Origin: the human T2T-CHM13v2.0 reference genome, Homo sapiens
NCBI RefSeq assembly: GCF_009914755.1
Contig: NC_060942.1
DNA: 64,000 nucleotides
Direction: 5' to 3' (one strand)
Under the pieces are notes generated by a model. That model saw nothing but the letters and a program-made list of their open reading frames with translations. It ran no database searches and was not told the DNA's origin. Below are positions 12,673 through 30,469 of this stretch, one piece after another (position 1 is the stretch's first letter; each line of letters opens with the position of its first letter). A program made the position numbers and the translations under genes.

Positions 12673-14488
12673 TCAGTGTCATTTCTACATACTGTTTCTT
12701 CTGTCTGGACTGCCCTTCCCTGGCTTTTTGCATAGCTGTATTCTCATCTTTCATGTATCTGCTTCAATGTCACCCCCTCAGAGACACCTCTTCTGGCAAA
12801 CCTGTAATAATAAGTCTTCTTTATTATTCTGTATCTCAGCACTCCTTTGTCTTGTCTCACAGCACTTGTCAATTCAGTACTTATATGTGTGTCCATTAAT
12901 TTTACTTGTTTGTATTGTTGTGCCTTCTCTTGCATTCAATTACCTTGCAGTGCTACGGTAGAAAATTAGAAATTCAACTCTGAAAATAGAGGATAAACAC
13001 ATATTACCAGTTAAGATATACATATGAAATAGTATTAGCATGAATTCTAGGAATTACAGCTTTCAGTAAATGCTGAGTTGATTTAATTCCTTCTCTAAGC
13101 GATGATTTTATTCTATAAACTTCTCTTCATCTAGTGTTTTTGCAGAAAAATGGAATCCATTTTATGTGCTTTCTTTAGTTCAACACATGAAGTTGGTCTG
13201 AATATTTCATAGGCACCTCCAGGTGGTTAGCTGTCTGGTCCCCTGCTTTGCTTTCTCTAAACCACAAAAATGAAACACATGGAACCAGAGAAGAGTTTTA
13301 GTCTTAATTCTGCTTCTTTGCTGTGTAATTAGGAACCTGTCAGCTCATTGTCTAAGTGACAGGCATTGAACAAGCTGCACGCATGGGGTGAAATCATAAA
13401 AGCAACTTTATTTGCCTCCCTCAATCCCTTTACACTTGCTCTGTTGGGAAACTCCTCTGCTGTTCTTGATGAAAATTTAACAGATCCTTTGGGTTTTCGT
13501 GTTTAGGTAGTAAAATTTCCTACAATCCCTTTAAATCACAGAACATGGTTTCAGTTTAACACTTAGTCCAAGGTAACAGCCAAAGCTTCCAACTTTACTC
13601 AGGGTTGTAGCTGTTCCCTTTCCTCTGGTGGGGTCTAATGGCAACAACCTTATAGCCAGGGAAAGAGATGGGAGGAGAGGTCATTATCCATCTTCTCTCC
13701 CCACCTCTCCTATCCCATCTTGCTAAGGTAGGTTTTTGACCATTCAAAGTAAGAAGGTAGAGGAGAGAAATGGGGTCTGGAAATTCATTACTTAAATGGT
13801 ACTGCTCTGAGATCGCTTTGCGACTTGGGGGTCCAGTAGGCATTTGAGATGGTCTCTTTCTCTTGTCCATGCCTCAGTGGTCTTTCATAGGCTTCCATGA
13901 GGGACTGCCCTATCAATGACCTCCTCAAATTTGCTGCCTTGCCCTCAGGCCTGCTTCTTGGCAATTTACTTCACAGACCCTCTCTTTCTGGCAGTTTTCT
14001 TGCATGGGATTTAACATGGCCCCAGGACAGCTCTCTCCCATGTGGCCTGCATCTGGTCCTACATTAGAAACTTGTATGTATTCTCTGCTCTAACAGAGCA
14101 GTGATTCTTCTTCACTGTCTCTCCAAAGCCACACACGAGCATTCTCTTTTGTTCTCTGGGTTTCCTGGATTTGAGTCTCTCCTCAAGCACTCTCCTTACT
14201 GCATAGAGTTTTTTACTTGTGGGCTCTTCTCTTTTTTAAGAAATAAATTTTACTGTGTGTACTTAAAGTATGCAAGATGATGAAGCCTCTTCTTTTTAAC
14301 ACTTGGTTACAGGGTTGGACCTAAAAGAAGCTGGACCATAAGAGAAGCTAAATGAGAAACAGAAGCTGGGGTCAGAATCTCTTCTTCCTTTCAATCTTGA
14401 GAAAATATCTTTGAACTAAGTGTCTCTTCTCTTCCTCTTTTCCTTATATAGTTCCCTAAGGAGGCCACTCTGGAGACCTTCTAGACAT

Positions 14489-14616
14489 GTAAAATGAGGA
14501 TAATAATAGTTCCTACCTTATAAGGTTGTGTGAAGGTTAAATGAGTTAATGTGTGTAAAGCACTTACAACAGATCTTGGCACATAGTAACTGCCATGTAA
14601 GTATCAGCTATTATCA
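14489..14616 (+). mobile_element. MIR 3' half
   Basis: tgtaaaatgaggataataatagttcctacc..aaatgagttaat..aaagcactta..tggcacatagtaa. Confidence 0.85.
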
Positions 14617-16459
14617 TAATTGCAATGCCATGCAGATGAACCCTCTAGTTCATCATTATAGTTCTATGGGCTTTAGGCAGAGAGGTGGCCATGGAGATGG
14701 GAGAAGCAAAGAGAATTAGCCTTGAACAGGAGACTTGGGACTGTACGTAGGGGACTTAAGTATCTGAGGTTTATTAACTTGACAGGAAGCAGCTAATTTA
14801 AAACAGTATTATTGAAATTTCTTTGAGCTATGCTTCATGAAAAAGAAATGTTGAGCAGACAGACAGTGAAATATTAAATGTATGCACTTGGCTGAAAGGA
14901 AAAAAAAATTAATGGGACATACTACCTCATTAAGTAAATGCAGCAATTAATTCTTTACTCAGTAAGCTAGATAAACTTCAAAAATCCCTATTTATACTTC
15001 AAACAGTGTCTAAATGATTTAGCTGATATTTCAAAGGGACACTGAAGCTCAATAGGAATTAAGATGCTAAATCGTTAGCCCAGGAGCAGTCAATACCTCT
15101 GTCAGCAGTTGGGTTATTGTTCATTTTAGGCATTGAGTTGCTATTGTGTTCTGTGTTCTTAGGCTAACAAAAGGCACAGAGTATGCATACCCAACACAGG
15201 TAGTGCCTTGTAGTGAGTGCTCAGTAAGCACGCATTGGATATAGAGCATTCACTGGCCTATAGTGTCACCTCCCTGACTGCATTCGCCCATTCCACAAAA
15301 GTCCCACCGTGTTTTAGGGGTCCTACATTCTCCAATTTTTATAAAATTAGTACATTGTTTACAATCAGAAAATAAGTCCCTTGGAACTTGGACCAGTGAG
15401 CACTGTAATCAGCGTTCACCTGCGTTGGTTTTTCTTTCTACATATTTGTGTGCCTGGGTTCTTAGGAGCTCCTGCTGCCCTCCCTGTCTGCCAGTTCCAG
15501 GAGGCTTGCTGACCAGCTTAGCCTTTCACGCTCTCTCAGATCCTGCTGGCCGTGTCTCCTCTCTCCCAAGAGCTACGTGTAAAACATGGTATGTTCTGCA
15601 CGTTTTAATTTAGCCACATTGATTCCATTGATGCCTTGTCAGATACTCTGAAGCCTGAGGCTTCATCAGCCACACAGGACAGATCAGAGATGGGCCCTCT
15701 GACTTTTTGACCCTGATTATTCTTTCTTTTTATTCTGGTTTTCTCTTGGCATTATAGAATGATGTGGAGAAGGAGATCTGGGGAAAGGGAAAGGAAGAGA
15801 ACAAGGAGGAGGGAGTAAGAGGTCAGAGCTCACACATACACAAGAACAAAAGGACTGCAAATTGGGATGTCTCTCCACAGCAACCTTCCCTTCTTCCCTT
15901 TGAAAAGTCGATGCTGAACCATCTGTCATCTCTCAGGGACTCCAGCTCCAGGCTGGCTTGGGCCAAGTGAGAGCTGCCTAGCCAGTCACTCATCAGTCCG
16001 TCCTAGGGCTGCCTCTGTGCATTCATCCTGCTTTCCCCAGGTGGGACATTCCGCTGCCTTTGGGGCTTCACACCCCAATTATTTATTAAGGAGACAGAAA
16101 AGAATTGTTGATAAAGGCCGTGGCTGGAGAGCAGGAAGTAGCCATGGGCTGCTGCAGGGGTGGGCTCCTGCTTAGCAAATGTTAGACCAGGTTTGTCTTG
16201 CTGCTGTTTTTATTTTGTTTGGACACTTTTTACTGTTGTTATTTCACACATCCAAAGATGATATGTGCCCTAATTGCATTTCCACAGCACCTTTGACAAT
16301 TCTGAGAATCTATTAATTTTTTAAATTCAAGCCTTGGCATTAGAGGTTCCTACAATATTTGAGTCTGGTTTGTATGTGAAGGTGGGTTGGGGTTGAGGAG
16401 TCTGTGAATAATATATGCAATTTATAACTATCTGTGAAACTGAAAATAAAATAGGTTGT

Positions 16460-16517
16460 ATGTGCATGTCTGTGTGTGTGTGTGTGTGAGTGTGTATGAG
16501 AGAGAGAGAGAGTGAGT
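16460..16517. repeat. (TG)n-(GA)n compound microsatellite
   Basis: Seen directly. Confidence 0.9.
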
Positions 16518-17075
16518 ATGTTGGGGGAAAAGAGTGACTGTATTTACATCCTCTATTTGGAATTTAGAGTTTTAAGTGAAAGTTGGTCCCTTTATCTAAC
16601 CTGTCAACATTATAGATGATGCTGTATATTTATAAAGATATTTGCATATCTTTTATCAGATGGATGCTCTTAGTTGATTTAGTATTCCAGCTTCTATTTG
16701 GAAAATAAATTAATATTGAAAATGAACATGAAAAGCTCAGGGAATTTGACTCACTGCCAATGCTGGGGTCCTCTTGCACTGGGATGTGTGACCTTTTGGG
16801 TTTAATGCTGGATGTAGTCAAATTAGTGAAATAGGGGCCTTCTCCATTCTTTTTCTTTTTTGTACCACCCACCTTCAGGTTTACTCTGTATCCAAATCCT
16901 CAAAGGTTTGTTCTGGTCTCTACTGTCTGCCAATCATCATTTAAGATGAAACCTTCCTTCTCTTGTGTTTTAAACGGACATTCTTGAAGACCTAATGCAT
17001 ACAAAATTAAAAAGAGTAGTGTCTTTAAGAATTTCCACACACAAAAAAGCAAAACGGTGTTGACAAAGTGCTTTT

Positions 17076-18132
<1,057 letters not shown>

Positions 18133-18474
18133 ACAAAGTGCTTTTGCATAAATTATCTCATTCTGATTTTTCTTTCTAAATTACAGAAGTCTCGTTCAAC
18201 AGGAAGGGTAGATTTTATTGTATATATTTTAAAGATCATAAAGCTGATATTCAGAGAAATTATTTAAAGCCACCATGAGCTCCAGTTCTAACATATGAAA
18301 GTTCATTTTAACTCCCTTGAAGTGCTTTCTCCCTCTATGATATTGCAGTGCCTATCTTCTACTATGATGGAGTGTCAGACAATAGAATGGAAAAGGAAGT
18401 TAGACTTTTGGCTAGAAAAGTTTAGCCATAGTCTTGAGAATGGGCTTTTGTGCTACCTGTCTTAAAGATGAACA

Positions 18475-18625
18475 TGGTAGACTAGAACCTACTTGGGGTC
18501 AGACAGAATTTGGTTCTTAATCCAACTCTGCAACTTGCTAGCTGTGTAATCTTTGCAAGTTACTTAATGCCTCTGATTCCCAGTTTCACCTACTATAAAA
18601 TGGAAAAATTTTGAAGAATTGTGAC
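18475..18625 (+). mobile_element. MIR
   Basis: ggagtcagacag-like start, ctctgcaacttgctagctgtgtaatcttt, cagtttcacctactataaaatgg. Confidence 0.75.
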
Positions 18626-19043
18626 AATTTGAGATGTGCATATAATTTTCTTGGTTTTGGTATTTCTGATTATTAACACCTCACACTTGCTCTCTCCATT
18701 TTCAGGACAAGGAAAGCTTAAATAAGAAGATAATTCAGGCTATACATACAAGTGTTTACACACAGTTTGGCTTGGGGTTAAAAAAACAAAACTGATATAA
18801 TTCTGATAAGCAATAATTTTTATGTTAACAAACAGCTTATTGATTCAGTCAAATTTGGGTTTTCCAAATAGGGGTTTATATGAAGATAAAGTCTCATTTC
18901 ATTGAGTTCTCACACCTGGCTGTCTAATACACTCATCTGGAAGGTTCATCTGGGGGACTAGAAAACAAATGAAGCAAGAAGTGGGATGTCAAGAAGTATG
19001 GAAGGTCTCATCAGAGTTTTACCCTAATTGCAAGGTGGCAAAT

Positions 19044-20486
19044 TGTTCTACCACAATTTCATGGGCACTGGCAGAACACATGAGTCTCCTGAGTCAGAGA
19101 CAAAGGATTTTATTGCTCACAGCAAAGCTAGCAGCATGAGCCTCATGTTCATGTCAGTTTCTCTTGGCCCTCAAGTTCAGAGGCAACATGGAGTAGCCTA
19201 GGTAGATGCTGCACACATAGTGAGTGTCACAGATGAGAAATCTTGAATTTAGGAAACCCCAATAGTTTATTAATGGACTGCAAGCAAACTTGCCCTTCCT
19301 TTTTGCAGAGAAAGTCATTATCTTTATTTACTAAGCTACAAACTGTTGCGGGAAGTCAGGGACTCCGAATGGAGGGACCTGCTAAAGCTGTGACAGAAGA
19401 ACATAAATTGTGAAGATTTCATGGACATTTATCACTTCCCCAATCAATACCCTTATAATTTCCTATGCCTGTCTTTACTTTAATCTCTTAATCCTGTCAT
19501 TGTAATCTGAGGATGTATGTCGCCTCAGGACCCTGTGATGATTGTGTTAACTGCACAAATTGTTCATAAAGCATGTGTGTTTGAACAATATGAAATCTGG
19601 GCACCTTAAGAACAGGATAACAGTGATTTTCAGGGAACAAGGGAGGTAATCTTAAAGTCTGGCTGCCTGTGGGCCGGGCAGGACAGAGCCATATTTCTCT
19701 TATTACCGAAAACAGGTAAGAGACATATTGAATTCTTTCCCCAACAAGGAATATTAATAATTAACAGCTGTGGGAAAAGAATGCATTCCCATGGGGGTCT
19801 CTAAAATGGCCACTCTGGGGGCGTCTGCCTTATGCAGTTGCAGATAAGGGATGAAACACACCCTGGCTGCATGCAGCACCCCCAGGCTTGCTAGGATTAG
19901 GAAATTCCAGCCTGGTGAATTCTAGTCATACCGGTTCTCTGCTCTTGAACCCTGTTAAGATGTTTATCAAGGGCAATGCGTGCACAGCAGGACATGGAAG
20001 TTCATGGGTGATTCTAGTTTTGCCCTGACCTTGTAATCTCGCCCTGACCTTCTGTCTGTGATCTTTTGTCGCCCTTGAAGCATGTGATCTCTGTGACCCA
20101 CACCCTATTCGTACACTCCCTCCCCTTTGAAAATTGCTAATAAAAACTTGCTGATTTTACAGCTCAGGGGGCATTATGGAACCTGCCAACATGTGATGTC
20201 TCCCCAGGACACCCAGCTTTAAAATTTCTCTCTTTTGTACTCTTTCCCTTTATTTCTCAAACCGGCTGACACTTAGGGAAAGAGAAAAGAACCTACATTG
20301 AAATATTGGGGGCTGAATTTTCCCCGATAACAAATAAACCTGCCTTTGGCTCTGGAGGGAGTGATCTTCTAAGGCTGTTAGCTATACAAACATATTTAGG
20401 AAGACAGTCAAGAACAAAGGGAGTTGGGCCTCTGTTTCTAAGATATGCAGAAACAAGAAAGAGCCATAGAGAATTGTCTCACTGCA
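19044..20486 (-). mobile_element. Old ERVL-class solo LTR (MER76/LTR41-like; exact name uncertain) split by MER11
   Basis: Minus strand begins tgcagtgagacaattctctatgg..tttctgcatatctt; left part has gagtcagagacaaaggattttattgctcacagc; halves 19044-19343 and 20330-20486. Confidence 0.6.
19344..20329 (+). mobile_element. MER11 solo LTR (HERV-K11/HML-8)
   Basis: Starts tgttgcgggaagtcagggac, AATAAA at ~20139, ends ..aaatattgggggctgaattttccccgata; 6-bp TSD acaaac/acaaat. Confidence 0.93.
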
Positions 20487-20593
20487 AATGACATACACAT
20501 TCTTTGTTGATGAAATAATATCCGCTAAAAGCCTACTGTATATTAAGTGCTGTTTGTTTTACAACGGCTCAGTGACAAAAGTCAATACATTGC

Positions 20594-20955
20594 TGTATTA
20601 GTCCATTGTCATACTGCTATGAAGAAATACCCAAGACTGGGCAATTTATAAAGAAAAAGATATTTAATGGGCTCAGAGTTCCACGTGGCTGGGGAGGCCT
20701 CACAATCATGGCAGAAGGCGAAGGAGAAGCAAAGGCATGCCTTATATGGTGGCAGGCAAGAGCACGTGTGCAGGGGAGCTGCCCTTTATAAAACCATTGG
20801 ATTTCATAAGACTTATTCACTATCACGAGAACAGCATGGGAGAAACCCGCTGCCATTATTCAGTTACCTCCCACCGGGTTCCTCTGACGACATGTGGGGT
20901 TATGGGAGCTACAGTTCAAGATGAGATTTAGGTGGGGACACAGCCAAACCACATA
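20594..20955 (-). mobile_element. THE1 (C/D-like) MaLR solo LTR
   Basis: tgtattagtccatt..ccctttataaaaccat..caagatgagatttaggtggggacacagccaaacc. Confidence 0.92.
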
Positions 20956-21104
20956 GAATCAAGAGTTCTTTGGTAACATCCTCCAGAATTTCTCTCCTTT
21001 GAGAATACAGATGAACGTTTCTAGATTGAGCTCACTTTCTTTTACTGGTAAACTTGCCAGACTTAATGTTTTTAAGGTTTCTCCCTCCCCAACTTTTAAA
21101 AATA

Positions 21105-21240
21105 TTTGCCATTGAGCACTTACTATGTACTAGGCACACTGAAGCTTTTCATGACTTAGTGCCTGCCTATCTCTGTTTTACAGATAAAGAAACTTCTGCC
21201 CAAGTGTTAAGGCAGCTTAACCAGGGTTACATGGGTGTAG
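21105..21240 (-). mobile_element. MIR fragment
   Basis: attgagcactttactatgtactaggcact..gttttacagataaagaaact. Confidence 0.7.
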
Positions 21241-22029
21241 ACTGTTGCCAATCTCAACTACGAAAAAAAGCAAAGTGTGTCTTTGATGCAATTTTGCCTT
21301 CTTGAAATATATTTACCTTCTTCAAATACTTGGAGGGGGAGGAATGAGTACAAATGGAATGGGGAAGTGAGAAGCAGGAACAGAAAAACTGAGAAAAAAA
21401 ATTCTCTTCACATTTTTTAGTCACCATTTAAGCTGCTATATATACACAGTGTGCTTGGGGAAAGCTGTAAAATAATTAATAGTGCATGGGAGGAACATTT
21501 GTATTTCAATTGTCTACATTTAAGGAACGCTTTGCATATCTGTTCAAGGCTTCCAATCATGGCCTTGAACATGAATGAGGGAGGAGGAGACAAAGGAGGC
21601 CCAGAGGCTAGAGAAAGCCTCAGACAGGGCACATCAATCGCCATAGAATCCCAGACCTGACCTTGTTGCCAAGCCTCGAAGTCCAAGTCTGGTTATCTGT
21701 GTTTTCTCACTGAGAATGAAGTTCTGTTTGTGGCCTCTTCTGTGGTTTACCCATGATTGCATCAGAACGGTGCCCATAATTTTCCTTTATAATTGGCTTA
21801 TGTGGGCCACATGCAATAAAGGTTATTGGACTCTAACCAGTCACTTCATAAACTTTCAGATGCACTAATTAGGTTTATATGTGCCACAATCCTAGAAGGA
21901 GAGAAAACCAATAACTTTCAGCCAAAACTTATCTGAATTCTCAGGGCCTAGAGAATTCTGCTTTGTTAGAGTAAAAATTAGCTTTCATCTTTCAAGTGCA
22001 GCTATGAACTAATAATAAAGACCCTGAGG

Positions 22030-22190
22030 GTTTTCAGTACTTCATATTTTTCACCCCTGTAGCTAAGAAAGTAGACAGAATAGGCACTATTATCTCCAAT
22101 TTCATGCACGAGGCCGCTGATGGCAGTTTAAATGTCTTCGCAGAAGCCATTCAGCTAATTGTTGGTAAAACTGAAACCAGAAACAAAATC
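22030..22190 (-). mobile_element. Degenerate MIR
   Basis: taggcactattatctccaatttcatgcacgagg..ctga..cagctaattgttggtaaaactg. Confidence 0.6.
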
Positions 22191-22193
22191 CTT

Positions 22194-22209
22194 CCACTAG
22201 ATGGCGGTG
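22194..22209 (+). promoter_or_regulatory. CTCF core motif
   Basis: CCACTAGATGGCGGTG matches CCASYAGRKGGCRS with no mismatch; CpG retained. Confidence 0.7.
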
Positions 22210-22969
22210 CTCACTAAGCTAGAGGCTTGGGTGGTCCGGCCAACTGTCTAGGGCTTGTTTCTCAGCACAGAAGCCTGAAACGTTTTTTGTTTTTTTGTTT
22301 TTCCCCTGAAATAACTAAAAGAAGAAAGCTACATTATATGTTCTAAGATTTTCCATAACTTCTCTCCATTCCACTATAATTTAATGTGGTTAGTATCATA
22401 ATGCGTATCTGAACAGGGTGTTTCTGGAATAAGCTGCTCTTTTTATAGAGGATGGTGTTTTGGAGGCAGTATTTATAAAGTAAATTTCTGAAGATTGGGT
22501 TGTATTTTATACTTTAATTTACATGATTAAAATGGATATGGGCATCAAGAAAAGAAATCCTACGTCTCATACAAAATATGGACTTACAGAAACAAAGATA
22601 AGGACTTAAAATAATACTGTTGAAAGAAAATCATACCATTTGGATACGGTCTAGATAACAAGAATCACTCAGAATAAATCCCAAGGAAAAATACTGTCTT
22701 GAAACTTCATTCCCCCTGATTTGCAGTTGTACGAGGAACAATGTAATAATATGTAAAATTCTAGTTTCTCTGTGTTCAGTTAATATGCTCATTCTATTCT
22801 AAATATTCTTTAAAAGCAACCCTGTTAAGTTTATAATATAAAAAATATCAGCCATGTGTTGGGTTTAATATATGTTACTGTGCTGCTACCTGTTTGTTGA
22901 CAGTTTGCATATTAAGTATTTCTGTCCTGGTACTGTTGAGACTTGCTTTTCAAAATAACCTTGTGTTTT

Positions 22970-24470
22970 CTATTTAATAGACTTATTTTTTAGAGTAGTT
23001 TTAGGTTTACAAAAAAATTACACAGAAAGAGAGCTTTTTATCCTTCTCCCCCAAGTTTCCTCATTGTTAACATCTTACATTTGTGTTGTACATTTGTGTT
23101 ACTCAGTTCTCATGTTGCTAATAAAGACATACCCTAGACTGGGTAATTTATAAAGAAAAAGAGGTTTAATGGACTCACAGTTCCACATGGCTGCGGAGAC
23201 CTCCTAATCATGGCAGAAGGCAAAAGAGAAGCAAAGACACATCTTACATGGTGGCGGCAAGAGAATGCATGCAGGGGAACTGACCTTTATAAAACCATCA
23301 GGTCTTGTGAGACTTATTCACTATCACAAGAACAGCACAGGAAAACCTGCCCCCAGGATTCAGTGACGTCCTGCTGGGTCTCCCCCACAACATGTGGGGA
23401 TTATGGGAGCTGCAATTTGAGATGAGATTCAGTTGGGGCACAACCAAACTATATCAATATTTGTTAAAATTGATGAAGCAATATTGATGCACATTATTGT
23501 TAACTAAAGTTGATAGTTTAAGGTTTACTCTTTGTGTTATACAGTTCTATATTTTTGAAAATGTATAGTGTCATATATTCACCATTATAGCATCATACAG
23601 AATAGTTTCACTGTCCTAAATGTTCCCTGTGCTCCATCAATAGAACGCATTCCACCTTCTTGCAGCCCCCAGACCTTGGGAATCACTGGCCTTTTTACTG
23701 GCTCTATAGTTTTGCCTTTTCCTGAATGTTGTATTATTGGGATCACAGAGTAGTTATCCTTTTCAGACTGGCTTCTTTCACTCAGCAATATGTGTAAGAT
23801 TCCTCCATGCCTTTCATGTCTGCTAGCTCTTATTTAAAAATTGCTGAATAATACTCCATTGCATGAATGTACCATAGTTTATCAATTCATTTAGTGAATT
23901 GCTATGAAGTTTGCTTCTAATTTTTCGCACCTATGAAGAAAGCTACTATAACTATTATATGGACACAAGTTTTCAACTCACTTTGATAAATATTTAGGAG
24001 CATGATTGCTGGATAGTGTAAGTAATAGGAAAGAGATATGCTGGGTAGGTAAGAGAATGTTTAGTTTTATAAGAAACTGCCAAACTGTCAAAGTGACTAT
24101 GATTTTGCATTCCTAACAGCAATGAATGAGAGTTCCTCTTGTTCCATATCCTCACTAGCATTTGGTATTGACAGTGTTCTGGATTTTAGCCATTCTAATA
24201 GGTATGCAGAGGTATCTCGTTGTTGTTTTAATTTGTAATTCCCTAATGACATAAGATGTTGAATATGTTTGCAAATGCTCATTTGCCATCTGTATGTCTT
24301 CTTTGGTGAAGCGTCTGTACACATCTTCTGCCCATTTTTAAATTGGGTTATTTGTTTTCTTATTGTTGAGTTTTAAGAGTGCTTCGTATATTTGGAGTAC
24401 ATGTCCTTTAATAGATATATCTTTACAAATATTTTCTCCCAGTCTATGGCTTGTCTTTTAATTCTCTTTA
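22970..24470 (-). mobile_element. L1MC (MC1-MC3-like) 3' portion interrupted by THE1
   Basis: tttagagtagttttaggtttaca, accattatagcatcatacagaatagtttcactgtcctaaa, antisense ORF2 C-terminus. Confidence 0.85.
23095..23456 (-). mobile_element. THE1 (C/D-like) solo LTR
   Basis: tgtgttactc..ctaataaagacataccctagactgggtaatttataaag..caaactatatca; TSD acatt/atatt. Confidence 0.92.
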
Positions 24471-24559
24471 AAGGACTTGTTTCTTAAGACCTATTTTAAA
24501 GCTAATGGGAACATTTGACTCATTTGACATAGAAAAAGATCTTTTCCTGTAACCTCTTC

Positions 24560-24720
24560 ATTTGTAAGAAACCTCTGGATTTCAAGTCAGGCTCTGCTTC
24601 AAGATAAAGGAAGACAGTTTCCTCTCTCAGCGTCAATTTTCTTATGTGTAAATACAATAACTTGAGTTGGGTTATTTCTAAGATTGCTTGTAGCTTGAAT
24701 ATTGCATGATTCTATTTGAT
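24560..24720 (+). mobile_element. MIR/MIR3 fragment
   Basis: ggatttcaagtcaggctctgc..ctctctcagcgtcaattttcttatgtgtaaa. Confidence 0.55.
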
Positions 24721-25200
24721 GACTACGGATTATGAGCAGACAAGGATTTTTTTTACAGCTCGTATTCTCTACAAGAACGTTATTATTGGGGATCTTTCTA
24801 ATTCTCCACATATATTGATGTCAGAAATGGAGATTTCATTCTTCCTTGGATTGCATGCTATTTAATCCTATCTTAAAATGTTTAAAATTTTGTGTAAAGG
24901 ACTTATGCTGTCCTACAAAGCAAAATTTACAGACACACAAACAATGAAATAGAACCTGACTTGGTAAGGTTAGAGAAAGCAGAGTTAAGGGCAATTAGAA
25001 ACTCTGGAGTATTCAAGAAGGCTGTTTTAGGAAGTGTGGTGGAAGTCAGCCTTGAAGATGATACTTAACATTTAGTTTTGGAAGGAAAAAAAATGAGGCA
25101 TTTTTTTCTGCCCTTCACATCAAGATATTTGGGGTTAGGCTAACACTTTCAAGTACACATGGAATAAACAGAGACTTTGGACTTGGAAATCCAAAAATGA

Positions 25201-25549
<349 letters not shown>

Positions 25550-25914
25550 TCAAAGTGTTTTTTCTTAATTTTAGTTGGCTTTGAGTATCCTCTAGGGTTT
25601 GGAGTTAGCTTGACTTTGGAGCTTGCTTCCCATTTTTCCCTTTGCCGGAAAGTATCCCGTCCCCAGTCTTGCATCATCACCTGATCCCAGTGCCATCTCC
25701 TCCACCAAACCTTCCTAATACCATCTCAGTAAAAAGAGTTATTATTTCCCCAAGATCCTAATCTATTTTGCCTGTCCTTGCCTGTTTCTTTGAAATCTTT
25801 TCCTACACGTTCCTCCTTGTACTAGGCTCTTGTCCACAATCAAGCTCACCCTTTTCTTAGGGCTTTTTCAGTAGCTCTTACAGACTTATAGAACTCTGCC
25901 TACAAAGTTCCTCA

Positions 25915-26280
<366 letters not shown>

Positions 26281-26429
26281 CTCCTCAACCAAAATCTATT
26301 CCTTCAATGAAACTTTCTCTGACTCTGAAAACTAATGTAGACTCTGTTAACCCATTTTTACTCCCACTATCCCACTCCACCTCCTTTTCCGACTTCTGTT
26401 AGAGTGACTGAGACTCTACAATTCCCTTT

Positions 26430-30469
<4,040 letters not shown>

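Larger units (their letters stand above)
11490..12930 (+). mobile_element. L2 LINE, interrupted by a short L1PA and a FLAM
   Basis: Pyrimidine-rich L2 body (tatatgctggtgac..catctccagc, aatggcaccatcaccca, tgtaaatcagatcacatcact). Confidence 0.75.

Noticed and set aside
13560-14230. Possible ancient LTR
   Set aside because: Composition is suggestive, but I could not identify termini, a TSD or a family
20850-23375. DUX4 sites in the two THE1 LTRs
   Set aside because: Both copies deviate from TAAYYYAATCA at the expected position (TAACTGAATAA and TCACTGAATCC on the minus strand)
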